Shown here: piece after piece, positions 40,869 through 53,316 of the stretch | Position numbering within the stretch: position 1 is the stretch's first letter | Layout: every line of letters starts with the position of its first letter | NCBI GenBank assembly: GCA_964016885.1 | Contig: OZ024744.1 | Location: 116,808,001-116,872,000, forward strand | Source: Eledone cirrhosa | Taxonomy: Eukaryota | DNA length: 64,000 bases | Direction of reading: 5' to 3' | Notes under the pieces: generated by a model | Databases searched by the model: none | What the model saw: only the letters and a program-made list of their open reading frames with translations | What the model was told of the DNA's origin: nothing | Made by a program: the position numbers and the translations under genes

Positions 40869-41437
40869 CTAGCTGACCCGTCCGGCTGGCGCCCGGCTAG
40901 GTATACCGGCATTTTATCTTTTCAGGAATCCCCCCTACACTCCAGTGCAAAGATACCGCACGCCTTCTCAAGTCAGCGAAGGGGTGGGGAGTAACGTGCT
41001 CTGATGTTGGGCTTGAATAGTTTTTAGGATTCCCAATTCAGTAGCCAGTACGTTAAAGAAAATTGATAGTTACAACAATAAAGGCTGAACAGAGAACACA
41101 TTTTTTAACAAACAATAATTTGTACAACCATAATGGAAATTCCAAGTAACAGAAAATACATAAATTACATTGGTAGAACCTCAGAATATACAATATTTTT
41201 TGTTCGGCCCTCCGGAGCAAAGATGAAGAGATTGTTTGGCGAGCTCACCCTAGAGCATCCTACATACAATTGACCATGGGAGAATCACTGATTTCGTAAC
41301 TCATCTCAGACGTTGACCTCTGGATACTCCTGTCAGGAGCAGGTAAGCTGTAGTGACTTAGAGGCCTACCACCAATCTCCAGGACACTGTTTTCAAGACA
41401 AATGAGCGCCTCATTGAAAACGACATTGTATGTTACG
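40869..41437 (-). mobile_element. Helitron 3' fragment (pre-helicase linker fused to PIF1 C-terminus, ending CTAG|T)
   Basis: Minus translation NVVFNEALICLENSVLEIGGRPLSHYSLPAP, then FSHGQLYVGCSRVSSPNNLFIFAPEGRTKNIVYSEVL. A GC-rich subterminal segment precedes CTAG at 40869-40872. Confidence 0.85.
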
Positions 41438-41445
41438 TTTGGATT

Positions 41446-43727
41446 GTGTCTACTATAGCAAACGAGTCCTCTGAGGAAAATGCTTCAAGACTTTCACAGA
41501 CAGCCTTACGTTCAGCAGAATGTCGAGCCGCTGAAAGTTTCCAACAGCGCACCGCACGCCTAGCCAAAATGGCTTCATTCCAGGCTTCTTCCAGGGCTTC
41601 AGAGAGCCGTGAACAAAGGTCGAAGCGCCTGGTTAGAAACGATGCGACTAATGCTGCTTCCAGGTCTTTGGAACGTTTAAAACAACGGACGGCTCGCCTT
41701 CCTACGAACGCTGCGGCTATGACTACTTCCATGGCTTCTGAAGATGCAGACGGGCGGTCCATTAGCATTGCAAATGTTGCTTCTGCTATTGCTGCCAGAC
41801 CTTCCCACCAACCACACGACCAATGTTCTACGTTCAAGCGTAACATTCGACGGCGAGAAGCTGCACGCGGTGTGACGAGCCCCAACAGCCCTTACTGGCA
41901 CCGACGGGCTTTCAAGTATGAGCAAAACGTTAATTACTCGATGCGCTCTGACATAAATATAGGCGAGATGCGCTTCAATTGCCAATTCTGCAATGCTACA
42001 AAGTGGGCTGGGGAGCCACCTGCAATGTGCTGCTTAAATGGTAAGGTCACCTTGCCCCCTCTTACGGAACCGCCAGAGCCTTTGAAGGAACTACTGACTG
42101 GTTATACCTCAAGGTCAAAAAAAAAAAAACCCTGATCCCCCAATAAAAAACGCTCCTGGGGGTACCGGAAAAACTTTTGTAACGAATTTGATTCTCGCTA
42201 AGATTCGTCAGGAGAAAAAAGTTGCGTTGTCCGTTGCATCGTCCGGGATCGCTGCTACTTTGCTGCCGGGAGGCAGGACAGCACATTCAACCTTTAAACT
42301 CCCTTTGGATTTAATAAAAACTGAGACACCAACATGTAATATCAGCAAGAGTTCACACAAAGCTCTGGTTCTCAAAAGATGTTGCCTCATTGTTTGGGAT
42401 GAGTGCACAATGGCACACAAGGGTGCCCTTGAGGCATTGGACAAGGCCCGGAAAGACATTAGGGATTCTACGGCTCCTATGGGTGGCGTAACCCTTCTGC
42501 TATCAGGGGATTTTCGGAAAACGCTGCCTGTCATCCCCAAATGGACAAGAGCTGATGAAGTGCGTGCCTGTCTTAAGTCGTCCATGTTGTGGCTCCAGGT
42601 GAATAGTTTGTACCTGAGCACAAATATACGTGCTCATTTGCATGGTGACAACATGTCTGCAGCACAGAACATTTTATCACTTGGTGAGGGCAAGATCCCT
42701 GCGGATGACAAGGGCGGCATAGCAATCGACACCCTGTGCAACATTGTGAGCAGCCCTTCTGACCTTTGGGAAGCAGTTTTTCCTAATGTCTCATCTAACT
42801 TTAAAAACCTCGATTGGCTCAGCGAAAGAGCCATCCTTGATCCGAAAAATAACATGGTTAATTTTATTAACGAGCAGCTGATTGAGAAGATTCCCGGTAA
42901 AGAGCACATCTTCAAATCAGACCCCGACGATATCGTTAATTATCCGGTTGAGTTATTAAATCTCCTTGAGCCCCCAGGGCTCCCACCTCACATTATTAAG
43001 CTTAGGGTTGGCTGTCCCATTATGCTAATAAGGAACTTGCGTCCACCAAAGCAGTGCAACGGTACTCGCATGGTCGTCAAGTCACTGACACCCACTTGAT
43101 TGAGGCCACCATTGTAACGGGGTGCGGAAGAGGGGAGAATGTTTTCATTCCAAGGATGAACCTTTTCCCCTCGGCGTCAGATATCCCGTTCGATTTCCGG
43201 CGATCCCAATTCCCGGTGAGACCATGTTTTGCCATGTCCATTAACAAGTCACAAGGGCAAACATTGTCGGTGGCGGGCATCCATTTGGGGGAGCCATGCT
43301 TCTCCAATGGCCAACTTTATGTTGCCTGTTCCCGCGCAGGGAGCAGGAATGGACTTTTTGCTTACTCTCCTCAAGGGATGACACGCAATATCGTCTACAA
43401 AGAGGTGCTATAGATGTTGGTGCAGGTGTTGGAGCTATGCCGTCTGGAACACTATTTCCTGGTAGGGTATCCCATGGCGGACAGATCTGACACCCAGCGG
43501 CATCAGGGCCACCATCTTGCAACTTTGGTCTACTAAATTCGCTATTGGAAGATTATTAACCCATCATTGATTGCCCAAAATGCTAATTGGTTCGTAACTT
43601 TTAATAACCGGTTCAACTGCTTTATGCACTTAATTGATAAGCTTATTCGCTTTCAAACCACGTTTATCTGTATGTAACTTTTCATAGCAAATGAACAAAC
43701 CCGAGCAACGCCGGGCTAAACTGCTAG
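41446..43727 (+). mobile_element. Helitron RepHel derivative lacking the Rep/HUH domain; PIF1 helicase pseudogene
   Basis: N-terminal CQFCNATKWAGEPPAMCCLNGKVTLP. Walker A APGGTGKT at ~42152, then ASSGIAATLLPGGRTAHS, WDECTM, GDFRKTLPV and AMSINKSQGQT. 3' hairpin cccgagcaacgccggg and CTAG|T at 43724-43728. Confidence 0.92.
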
Positions 43728-43773
43728 TATATATATATATATATAATATATATATATAATATATATATATATA

Positions 43774-44391
43774 GTAGCAGATTTACGCGGCGTTGCTCGG
43801 GGTTTGAAATTATGCTAAGAATATACAGCTAGGAAGTAAAAGAAGAACATTATTTGTCCCCAACCTGTCAAAATAAGCAGAAGTCTTCAATAATTAATGC
43901 AAACGAATATTTAGTGCAATTTTGTACACATAAAACTATGCTGATAATGAAGGAAAACACTGAAGAGGATGTAGTTATACATATGATTAAAGACAATACA
44001 CGTTGCAAATCTGTAAAAAAAAACAGGCAGTTTTGCTAATTTATTATGAGGAGTGATATTTCTCAGCAAAATAACTGGTGTTCCCTCTTTCAGAACCAAT
44101 GTATTAGGAGGTAAACCAACTTCTGAAAAGTTGGTTATCTCCCTTTTTTATAAGGATTGTCAATAAAGTTTGTTATCTCCCTTACATCAATTTTTCAACA
44201 GATAATTTTGATATCGATTTTTTATTGTTCAACGTGGGTCGATTTGAAAAATGTTTGTGATGTGACAATCTTAGCGACATGTGCAACGTGCACAGAAAAT
44301 TTGGTCAAATTCAGTTGGTAATTGTGAAAGCCTTATGCATGCAAAGTTGTACACAGACACACACACATCCTCACTTTTATATATATAAAGA
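43774..44391 (-). mobile_element. Non-autonomous Helitron
   Basis: Minus 5' A|TCTTTATATATATAAAAGTGAGGATGTGTG. Helicase remnant VLKEGTPVILLRNI. 3' ccgagcaacgccgcg...CTAC|T. Confidence 0.75.
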
Positions 44392-44405
44392 TAATATATA
44401 TATAT

Positions 44406-44488
<83 letters not shown>

Positions 44489-44726
44489 ACACACACACTC
44501 AATCACACACCACAACAAGGAGTGCTGGAGTTTCACTTTCTTAATTTTTGAGGCAAGCCAACAACAGGCTTGCAGTATTGCCATGAACGATAGCATGACC
44601 GAGACACTGGAATAGCCAAACACCTTTGTGGGAATCACATGATACTTCAGTAAGACTTCCACCAGCAATGGCCTATTCTCATTTGTATTCATGTTTTTTT
44701 TTTTCAGATTTTGTTTTATTATCATA

Positions 44727-45175
44727 CTAGCAGTGGTACCCGGTGTTGCACGGGATAAGGTATTTTGGAACGCGGGCCGCCAACAGACCTAATCGTGGAA
44801 AAACTGCATGCCTGGACAATATGTAAAGAAAATAAACCGAATACTCTAATGGCTGGATAATCTTTAAGATTTTCCTCGATGAAGCAGGAAAAATGTAGGT
44901 TTTCACCTAATGCTAGGGGATCAAGAAAATGAATTTTTTTTATGTGCATAATATTCCTTGAAATTTTGGGAAAATTGGTGTGACGTAACGCCTCAAAAGA
45001 CCCCTAAAAAGCTGAAAAAACGCAGTTTTTCACCTAATGCAAGCCCGGGGGGGGGGGGGATAAAAAAGTTACATTTTTTTATGTGCATAACACTCCCTGA
45101 AACATAAGTAATACACAGGTAAAGTTTGAAAAAATCGATTGGGTACTTCTCGAGTTTTAGGGATTCAAACTCACA

Positions 45176-45242
<67 letters not shown>

Positions 45243-45263
45243 CCTCAGTTTTATATATATAGA
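44727..45263 (-). mobile_element. Non-autonomous Helitron with internal (CA)n
   Basis: Minus 5' A|TCTATATATATAAAACTGAGGATGTG. 3' hairpin cccgtgcaacaccggg and CTAG|T. Inserted at AT with no TSD. Confidence 0.85.
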
Positions 45264-45499
45264 TAACAAATATATAAGATTAAATATAAATACATATATA
45301 TAATCAATTGATTATATATAGGAACATTATAAATGTATGTCTGTATGGTCCCATAACTCCTGCTAGCTGTAGGGGTGCTGTATTAACATACAGAGTTTGT
45401 TGGGTATTTTAAGCCTGGCGGAGCTCATCCCTCTCCAGATCTGAGGACAGCAGATATCTTCCAGAGAAAGATAGAAAGTGAGAGAGGGGAAATGAGAAA

Positions 45500-45680
45500 G
45501 AGATATAGAGGAAGAATCAACCCCAGTACTAGACTGGTACTTTTTTTTATCGATCTCGAAAGGATGAAAGGCAAAGTTGACCACGGCAGGATTTGAACTC
45601 TGAGGGTAGAGAGTCACTATGAATACCATAAAGATATTCTATCAGACGTTCTAACGACTCTGACAATTTGCTGCCATATC
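45500..45680 (-). mobile_element. Degenerate tRNA-derived SINE
   Basis: gactggtac...tatcgatctcgaaaggatgaaaggcaaagttgaccacggcaggatttgaactc matches the SINE at 16943. Confidence 0.8.
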
Positions 45681-45681
45681 A

Positions 45682-45795
45682 CAAATATATAATACACAAA
45701 AATATATAATACACAAAAATATATAATACACAAAAATATATAATACATAAAAATATATAATACACAAAAATATATAATACACAAAAATATATAAT
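45682..45795. repeat. 17-bp minisatellite (tatataatacacaaaaa), ~6.5 copies
   Basis: Direct reading of tandem units. Confidence 0.9.
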
Positions 45796-45796
45796 C

Positions 45797-47640
45797 AGTC
45801 TTCTTGCTCTTGCTGAATGAGACAAGGGTCATCCTCAGTCAGTGATCCCAGAGGCATCATCATCCATACAGCCAACCAGGTTCCTCAGTACTCTCCATTG
45901 TTGGTGGTATTGTGCCACCCCCTCTGCATCCTTGTGACATCGAGTCTCTGGAGATCTTCCTTGAAGATATGCAACAATCTGGTGAGGGAACTGTTGCGGA
46001 TCCTCTTCCAGCCTGTACCTGCTGTGCTAATGAGATTAAGGCCCTAGTTGGATGATCTGGTGGCAGGCAGAAGACATGCTTGTACCAGCGCATGTGGTGG
46101 ATAGCTATGAGGCGGGAGGTTGTTGAGCTTTTTCAGGGCAGCTCTGACTTCATCAGGAGTGTCAGGATCAAGTCTGCAGCTGTGTCTGTCACGGGGGTTA
46201 GTCAGGGATTGATTAGGATGGGTGATGGTGAAGAAGGCTGAAGTTCTCCTTCCAGTGTTTGAGGTAGGTGGTTTCAGTGGTGATCACATTGCCATTGGTA
46301 TCCTTCACCAGGTCTGTCTTGATCTGGAGACCAACACAGGCTCTGTGGACTGTGTTGAACACCTTATTGTAGTTGTCATTCCTTGCCACAGTCTCCTGGT
46401 GATCAGCTTCTTCCACCCAAAACTTTTCCCAGTCATCTGTTGTGTATCCGGTTGAGCTGACAGAACATGTCACCATGCCTTGCATTGACAATTAATTATC
46501 TCCAGTATCTACAGGGAAATCCAGGACCATTTGGGAAGAGTTTACAAGGACATTACGGGCAGACAGGTTGACACTTGATATAAAGATCTCATCTTCGGCT
46601 AGGAGGCTAAAGTGATTGGTGATGGGACACACAAATGTAGAGGTGATGTTGGGATCATGGAGACAAGATGAGTGAGGGCAGGGATGGTGGCAGGGTTAAC
46701 TCACAACTTCAGCTTCAGTGTTGCAATCAGCAACCAATGATCAGTATTGCTGAGTTGAGCTCCTTTGTAGACCTGACAGTTGGTGACAAATGACATCCAG
46801 TGGCAGGAGATGATGATGTTGTCAATCACCATCCAGATTGCGTTAAGTCCAGTGATGGATGAATTTGAGGGGAACCAGGTGTTGGCAATACAGACATTGT
46901 TGTAGTGGGATAGGAGCAGCAGGTGATTACTGTTGTCATTAGGTCATTAGTGGATGGGTTGTGCCAATGAGCTGAGTCTGCAATGGGTCGGTTGAAGGGA
47001 ACCTGGCAGGAGAAGAGTTAGCATCTGTCAGGATAATTGTGATGTCATGGGGTGGGATTTGTCTTAAAACCTGTTGAAGTTGGTTGTGTCCTCTGACATG
47101 TCTGTAGGGGCACTGGCAATGATAAGACATCTTCCTATGCTGGTGGAGAAAACAGGCGGACAGCAAACAATTGTTCACCAGGTTCCAGATGTACTTGGGC
47201 ATGGCCAGTGCCACACCACAGAGGCCTGTACAATCTTCAGGGCCACTCCAGATGAGGCAGTGGTCTCCTGTGAGGAATTTCCCACTAGCAGGCCAGCATG
47301 TCTCGCAGAGTCCCACCAGTGTGATGGCTCTCGAGATAGCAGGGTCGCTGTTCCGGGGCAGAGGAGCGACAGGACATGCCATGTGGCAACAGGAATTTTA
47401 TAGCATAAGTCAATTGCTCGGTGGTGTGGTGTGTGGGTGGGGTGGGGGTAGCATGCAGGGGTATGTTCCAGTGTTGGGCTGTTCAGGGGTGGCTGGTTTT
47501 GTAAGAGATTCTTCTGGGTGGGTTGTTGGCCCTCCACAGAATAGTTGGATGATGTGGCTGCCATATTGGTGGTGAGCTGATGCACCGTGGGTCACTGTTG
47601 GTCATTGCCAGAAGACCTGCCCACCCAGGGTGGCCCTAGG
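45797..47640 (-). mobile_element. Old, fragmented LINE (APE endonuclease, RTE-like)
   Basis: Minus ORF 46939-47382 (ITLVGLCETCWPASG...LIWSGPE...GVALAM...DITIILTDAN) resembles an APE domain. Downstream remnants YLKHWKENFSLL and RWYKHVFCLP. Confidence 0.7.
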
Positions 47641-47762
47641 TGGTAGTGTTCTCACATATTTATGGCACACACAAGCCTTCTCGCTAGGACAAGGCCAGGC
47701 TCAGGAGAAGAACAATCAAGGTGAAAATAAAAAGAAACATCAATTGAACATTGTGTCAATCA

Positions 47763-47843
47763 GTCACATGACATGGGTCACATGTCAAGGGTCACATGTC
47801 AAGGGTCACATGACAAGGGTCACATGACAAGGGTCACATGACA
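47763..47843. repeat. 14-bp minisatellite (gtcacatgacaagg), ~6 copies
   Basis: Direct reading of tandem units. Confidence 0.85.
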
Positions 47844-47940
47844 TTTTGGCAGCATTACCACAAGTATGGCAAGGTTAACGAGGTGAAACAACTAAGTACC
47901 TGCACCAGAACCATCATGTGATAGATCAGTAAAGCTGAGT

Positions 47941-48543
47941 AATGGTGAGGCTAAGGAGCTGGAACAGCCAAGTAGCCTCAACTGGAGTACCACCTGAGAC
48001 CTCAGTATGGCTGGTTGATGGTGAGACTAAGGAACTAAAACAGCTAAGCTGCCTCCCCTGGAGTACCACCTGACACCTCGGGAAGGCTGGTTGATGGTGA
48101 GACTAAGGAACTAAAACAGCTAAGCAGCCTCACCTGGAGTACCACCTGACACCTCGGGAAGGCTGGTTGATGGTGAGACTAAGGAACTAAAACAGCTAAG
48201 CTGCCTCCCCTGGAGTACCACCTGACACCTCGGGACGGCTGGTTGATGGTGAGACTAAGGAACTAAAACAGCTAAGCTGCCTCCCCTGGAGTACCACCTG
48301 ACACCTCGGGAAGGCTGGTTGATGGTGAGACTAAGGAACTAAAACAGCTAAGCTGCCTCCCCTGGAGTACCACCTGACACCTCGGGAAGGCTGGTTGATG
48401 GTGAGACTAAGGAACTAAAACAGCTAAGCTGCCTCACCTGGAGTACCACCTGACACCTCGGGAAGGCTGGTTGATGGTGAGACTAAGGAACTAAAACAGC
48501 TAAGCTGCCTCCCCTGGAGTACCACCTGACACCTCGGGAAGGT
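47941..48543. repeat. 76-bp minisatellite, ~8 copies
   Basis: ggctggttgatggtgagactaagg recurs at 48009, 48085, 48161 and onward. The leftmost copy is the most diverged. Confidence 0.95.
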
Positions 48544-49147
48544 GAACTCTAACAATGAACTTGTCTTTTAACAGGTGAGAGTGAAGATAGGCTGGTTTGT
48601 CCACTTTGTTTATATTTTTAGCCATTTCAATGTTAATTAAACCAGCTTTTGTGACATAACGCCACTTTTTTTTTTCTTTTTCGTTCATCTTTTATCTTTA
48701 CTTAGACATATCTGTGGCGATAATCTTGTGAAGCAGAGGACAAGAGAACACATGACAAACAAATGAATAACAAGACCAACAACAATAAAAAAACAAATAT
48801 AAACAGTGAAAATAACTTAGATTAATTAGTCTAGCTAAATAAATTGCTGTTATCATGGAATATTAATTAAAAAAAGGAGGAGGTGGAGGAAAAATATCCT
48901 TGACGATGTATTAATTAACACGGAGAATCTAATAAAAAATAGAATGTTGTTTTTTTTCTGTTAAATCTAAATAATTGAAGCAAAACAGGATGATTAAATA
49001 TATATTTTTAAATAAATTCCTGATGGCAAGGCCAAGGTTATCTTTTACACAACAACAACAACCAACGTAGTAAAATAAAAACAAACAAAAAAGCTGAATA
49101 TAGTTTTAGTTTACTCTTTATCAGTCTACTGATACCAGTAATACACA

Positions 49148-49453
49148 AAGGTAGGCGGAAAAGTTCAGCGGCTGACTAAAGCTGTGAAGTCTTATTGTTC
49201 TTATTAATAACTGCATTGCTTCTTTCTAGGGACTGTGTTGAAAAATAAACCACATTTGGTCATTCCATGAGAGTATCTTGGTCAGTCTATGAAGGAATCA
49301 TGCTAGAGCTGTGAAATCTTAAATATCATTAATTTCAACTGTTCCTATCAATAACTACATTGTTTCTTTCTAGGGACTATGTTGAAAAATAAACCTCATT
49401 TGGTCATTCTATGAGATTTCTTGGTCAGCCTATGAACTTTTCAGCTGACCCTT
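49148..49453. mobile_element. Degenerate Tc1/mariner-like MITE with an internal ~125-bp duplication
   Basis: Imperfect TIRs aggtaggcggaaaagttcagcggctgactaa / ttggtcagcctatgaacttttcagctgaccct. ~49181-49293 is repeated at ~49308-49435. Confidence 0.55.
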
Positions 49454-49615
49454 AATTCACAAGCTAAAACTTACAGGGACAAATTCATAGAATCTTTCAA
49501 CTAAAAAAGGGAAAAGAAAACCTCTAAATATTAGGTTTAATCACTCTAGATTCATATTTTATGACCTCAATACAAATTTTATTCACTTGTAATATATAGT
49601 ATATAATATATAGTA

Positions 49616-50060
49616 CTAGCTGGCCCGTCCGGCTAGGTATACCGGCATTTTATCTTTTCAGGAATCCCTCCTCCACTCCAGTGCAAAGATACCGCATGCC
49701 CTCTCAAGTCAGCATGCTCTGATGTTGGGTTTGTGATAGTTACAACAATAAAGGCTGAACAGAGAACACATTTTTCAACAAACAATAATTTGTACAACCA
49801 TAATGGAAATTCCAAGTAACAGAAAATATTTAAATTACATTGTTAGAACCTCAGAGTATACAATATTTTTTGTTCGGCCCTCGGGAGAAAAGATGAAGAG
49901 ATTGTTTGGCGAGCTCACCCTAGAACATCCTACATACAATTGACCATGGGAGAAGCATGGTTTTCCCAGATGAAGGCCAGCCACTTTTAGGGTTTGACCC
50001 TGAGCTTTGTTGATGGTAATCGCGAAGCTTAGTCTCTCTGTTGCTCTAGTAACATTTTTC
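49616..50060 (-). mobile_element. Helitron 3' fragment (same family as 40869-41437)
   Basis: RLSFAITINKAQGQTLKVAGLHLGKPCFSHGQLYVGCSRV. The 3' UTR aligns with 40869-41170. CTAG at 49616-49619. Confidence 0.88.
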
Positions 50061-50370
50061 TTCTGGAAAATCTGATCTTGTGGCCAGGCCGGGTGGCATT
50101 TGGACAGTAACAATGACGATAAGCCGTCTGTGCTTTTGTGAAATAAATACGTTTGTTTATATTTTGGTTTTGTGTATGCAAAAATATCTGTACACGAATA
50201 TATAATTATATATATATATATATTTTGAGTATATGTTGGTTGTATACCAACACCTCAGTATGCAGATTGGAGCACTCGACGAAGTGCACAGGTTGGTTTG
50301 GTTTCTCTGGAGTAATGTAAAATAAAATAAAATAAATAAGTCAAATGTTTAAAATTTGGCTCCGTTTATT

Positions 50371-50425
50371 ACTGCTATATATATTTCGGTGACAGCCATC
50401 TTTGGCTGTGACCTCTTCAGGCAGT
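50371..50425 (-). ncRNA. Minimal hammerhead ribozyme with palindromic stem III
   Basis: Minus: actgc-CTGAAGA-ggtcacagcca-aaga-tggctgtcacc-GAAA-tatata-TA-gcagt. Lies in a TA-bounded module with an inverted repeat 50319-50384/50552-50616. Confidence 0.8.
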
Positions 50426-50612
50426 CCGAATTAGTGTGGTAGAGACGAGTACACATGTTGTTGAGGTGTATAACTTTGTCAATACTCTGATATGCCCAGT
50501 TCCTGGTTTGGTTGTTATTTCACTGAGGAACTGGAATCATATCCAGGAATCATATATATAGCAGTAATAAACGAAGCCAAATTTTAAACATTTGACTTAT
50601 TTATTTTATTTT

Positions 50613-50650
<38 letters not shown>

Positions 50651-50724
50651 TAACAGATTAAAGTTTAAGCAAAGAATTGCTGCTTTCACCCTTAACAGGA
50701 TCTTCTGAAACTAAAAAAATCAAT

Positions 50725-50778
50725 CTGCCTAATGAGGTCATAGCCATCCAATGGCTATCATCGAAATATATATAGCAG
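50725..50778 (+). ncRNA. Minimal hammerhead ribozyme, core mutated (CUAAUGA)
   Basis: ctgc-CTAATGA-ggtcatagcca-tccaa-tggctatcatc-GAAA-tatata-TA-gcag; a paralogue of 50371-50425. Confidence 0.7.
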
Positions 50779-50925
50779 TAAATAAAGGATTATGAGTTCA
50801 TGCAATTGCATGTTTCGTCACTATACATATATATATATATATAGTTGTAAGGTTGCAAGATAAATGCGTCCGTAGGCGGTAGGCCGGTTGAGCACTCGAT
50901 GTTCGCACAGAGCAGAGTATAATAC

Positions 50926-51130
50926 TATAAAGAACAAGGATTCAGTGTTGCATAATAACATATTTAATAACATATTACATATGTTTCACTATCAATCAGC
51001 TCGAGGAAAGACCTATTATAGAGTCAGGTTCGATCTATAATAGGTCTTGCCTCGAGCTGATTGATAGTGAAACATATGTAATATGTTATTAAATATGTTA
51101 TGATGCAACACTGAATCCTTGTTCTTTATA
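50926..51130. repeat. Long inverted repeat, ~97-bp arms, 11-nt spacer
   Basis: Arms 50926-51022 and 51034-51130, two mismatches seen. Contains GAAAcatatgTA (hammerhead 3' half). TA-bounded. Confidence 0.93.
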
Positions 51131-51146
51131 ATATATATATATATAT

Positions 51147-51570
51147 ATCATCATCATCATCATTTTACGTCCGCTTTTCCCTGCTTGCAAGGGTGGGACG
51201 GGTCTTATTCAACACAGCATCTCTCCACTCATCATGGTCCTTCGTCATCTCCACCGTGAGCTTCAAAGATCTGAGGTCTGTTCTCATCACCTCCGCCCAT
51301 GTTTTTCGTGGTCTACCTCTACCACGTCTTCCTTCAACTGGCATTTCCTGGCACTTCTTCACCCATCGGTCATCCTCCATGCGCATCACATGTCCATACC
51401 ACCTCAGTCTCCTCTCCCGTACACTACATTCTATCCCTCTCAGACACAGTTTCTCTCTCAACACATTTATGCTGGGTCCTTCACGCACATTTACACTGCA
51501 CATCCAACGGCGCATGCTTGCCTCATTTCTCTCCAGCCGTTGCATATCCTCTGCAGTTGCTGCCCATGTA
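51147..51570 (-). mobile_element. 5'-truncated RTE-like LINE 3' fragment with (ATG)n tail
   Basis: ORF 51165-51545 RLERNEASMRRWMC...ERRLRWYGHVMRM...GRGRPRKTW, followed by a catcatcat tail. Confidence 0.88.
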
Positions 51571-51579
51571 TTATATATA

Positions 51580-51635
<56 letters not shown>

Positions 51636-53288
51636 TTCTACTTCATTATCACAATTAATATGGTCTTTAAAAGAGAAAAATATGAAATACTCAATTTCTT
51701 GGGTTAAGTTTAGAAACTCAGAATCCTATCGGAACCATTCCATTTCACCAAACTGCAATATTTGCAATTTTGAGACTCTATTAATAATTGCTAATTATGG
51801 TAATTTAATTAATAAAAAAAGGGAGTTATTTTCAAATTGCCTCCATAAATCTACAAAAACATTTCAAGCATCATATAAATTTAGGAAAAAACATTGACTG
51901 AGTGAGAAAAGATATTGACTTTTATTAATAATTCTTGTTTTTATTAGTATTTTGTAAAATGTTTTACTTCACCTTAGGAAATGCATATAGGTTCTTTTAT
52001 ATAGTAAGTTAATCTTTTGATTGACTAAATACCTTTAGTTTTGTTTTTAAATCCTCATTTTAGGTCTTGAATTTTCTATATTTGAGATCTGAAATACCTT
52101 CAGGCTTTCAAAACTTTTAGTTAATTTAAACATTTAGATATGTTGTACGGAGCTTTTGTTTACATTTATCGTGTATAATTTTCGTTTTATCCAAACTGAT
52201 TAATAATCTGTATTTAACTTGACCTATACAATAAGATTTGGTTGAATCGAAATAATAATACTTTCAAGTGTAAATATAACTAATAATTAATCCTATATGT
52301 AATTTACAACTATTGATTTAAATAGTATTGTTTATAGTATTTATAATTCTAAACATTATACAAAATGCATATACAGATGCTGATATGCAATTAAGTTATG
52401 ATAAATACTCTCATACTTATTTACTATATTTATAAAATTTTATAACTAAATATTGAATATATTTATTAATTTAACTATGCTCCTGATTATCATTGAAAAA
52501 TATGTTATATTATTTAATTTTGATATAATATAATAGTATAATTTGCTCAAATATAACCAAATACAATAGATTAAAATTTCATGGTATTTAATTGATCGCT
52601 TCTTAATATTTGAAAAAAAAACGGTCACGCATCATGTCCCTTTCTTCTTTCTTTCTTTCTTTTTTATCTCTTTTCTTTATACAGTGTCATTCTATTGACA
52701 TGGCTTGGAGAGGCTGTTTGCATAATTGCAAACGAATCAAATATTATTATTAATATTTGAAAAACTTGATTTACACTTATTGTATTCAGCCATGTAGATT
52801 GATAAAACTATTTGTTATATATAAAAAAAATTGTTTTCCCACATGCCACCTACATCCACAACACATATAAACACCACACACACGTGCGTACCACCACATA
52901 TTTACACACTCAGCCTCTGGAATCCTCTCCCCCCACCCCTCTGACTCCTCCCCATCCACACACGCACACACACGCTGACCTACACCCCACCTCACACACA
53001 CACCTTTTCCTGAACATGTAACCCCATTCTTCCCCCAACTCTTACTTTCACACACACACACACACACACCACCTTCAGCCCTCTCCGCTCGGACACCCCG
53101 CCTCCCTCTCCCCACTCTACACGCCCCACACCCTTCCACCACCTGTTTTACTTCATGTTTATTTTTATTTTTATTATGCTTTTATATTTAATTTCATTTG
53201 TACCGTTTCCTCTCACCCCCTTTTTTCTATATGTTTCTCCACCACTCCCCTACACACCCTTGGAACTCTCTTCCCACAGACTTTTCAC

Positions 53289-53316
53289 CTGAATAAGGGC
53301 TTATGCCCGAAACGTC
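53289..53316 (+). ncRNA. Minimal PLE hammerhead in the 5' pLTR (G8 to U change)
   Basis: CTGAATA-a-gggc-ttat-gccc-GAAA-cgtc. Confidence 0.7.

Noticed and set aside
42150-43413. Host PIF1 helicase gene
   Set aside because: Intronless and frameshifted, preceded by a Helitron N-terminal region and followed by a Helitron hairpin-CTAG end.
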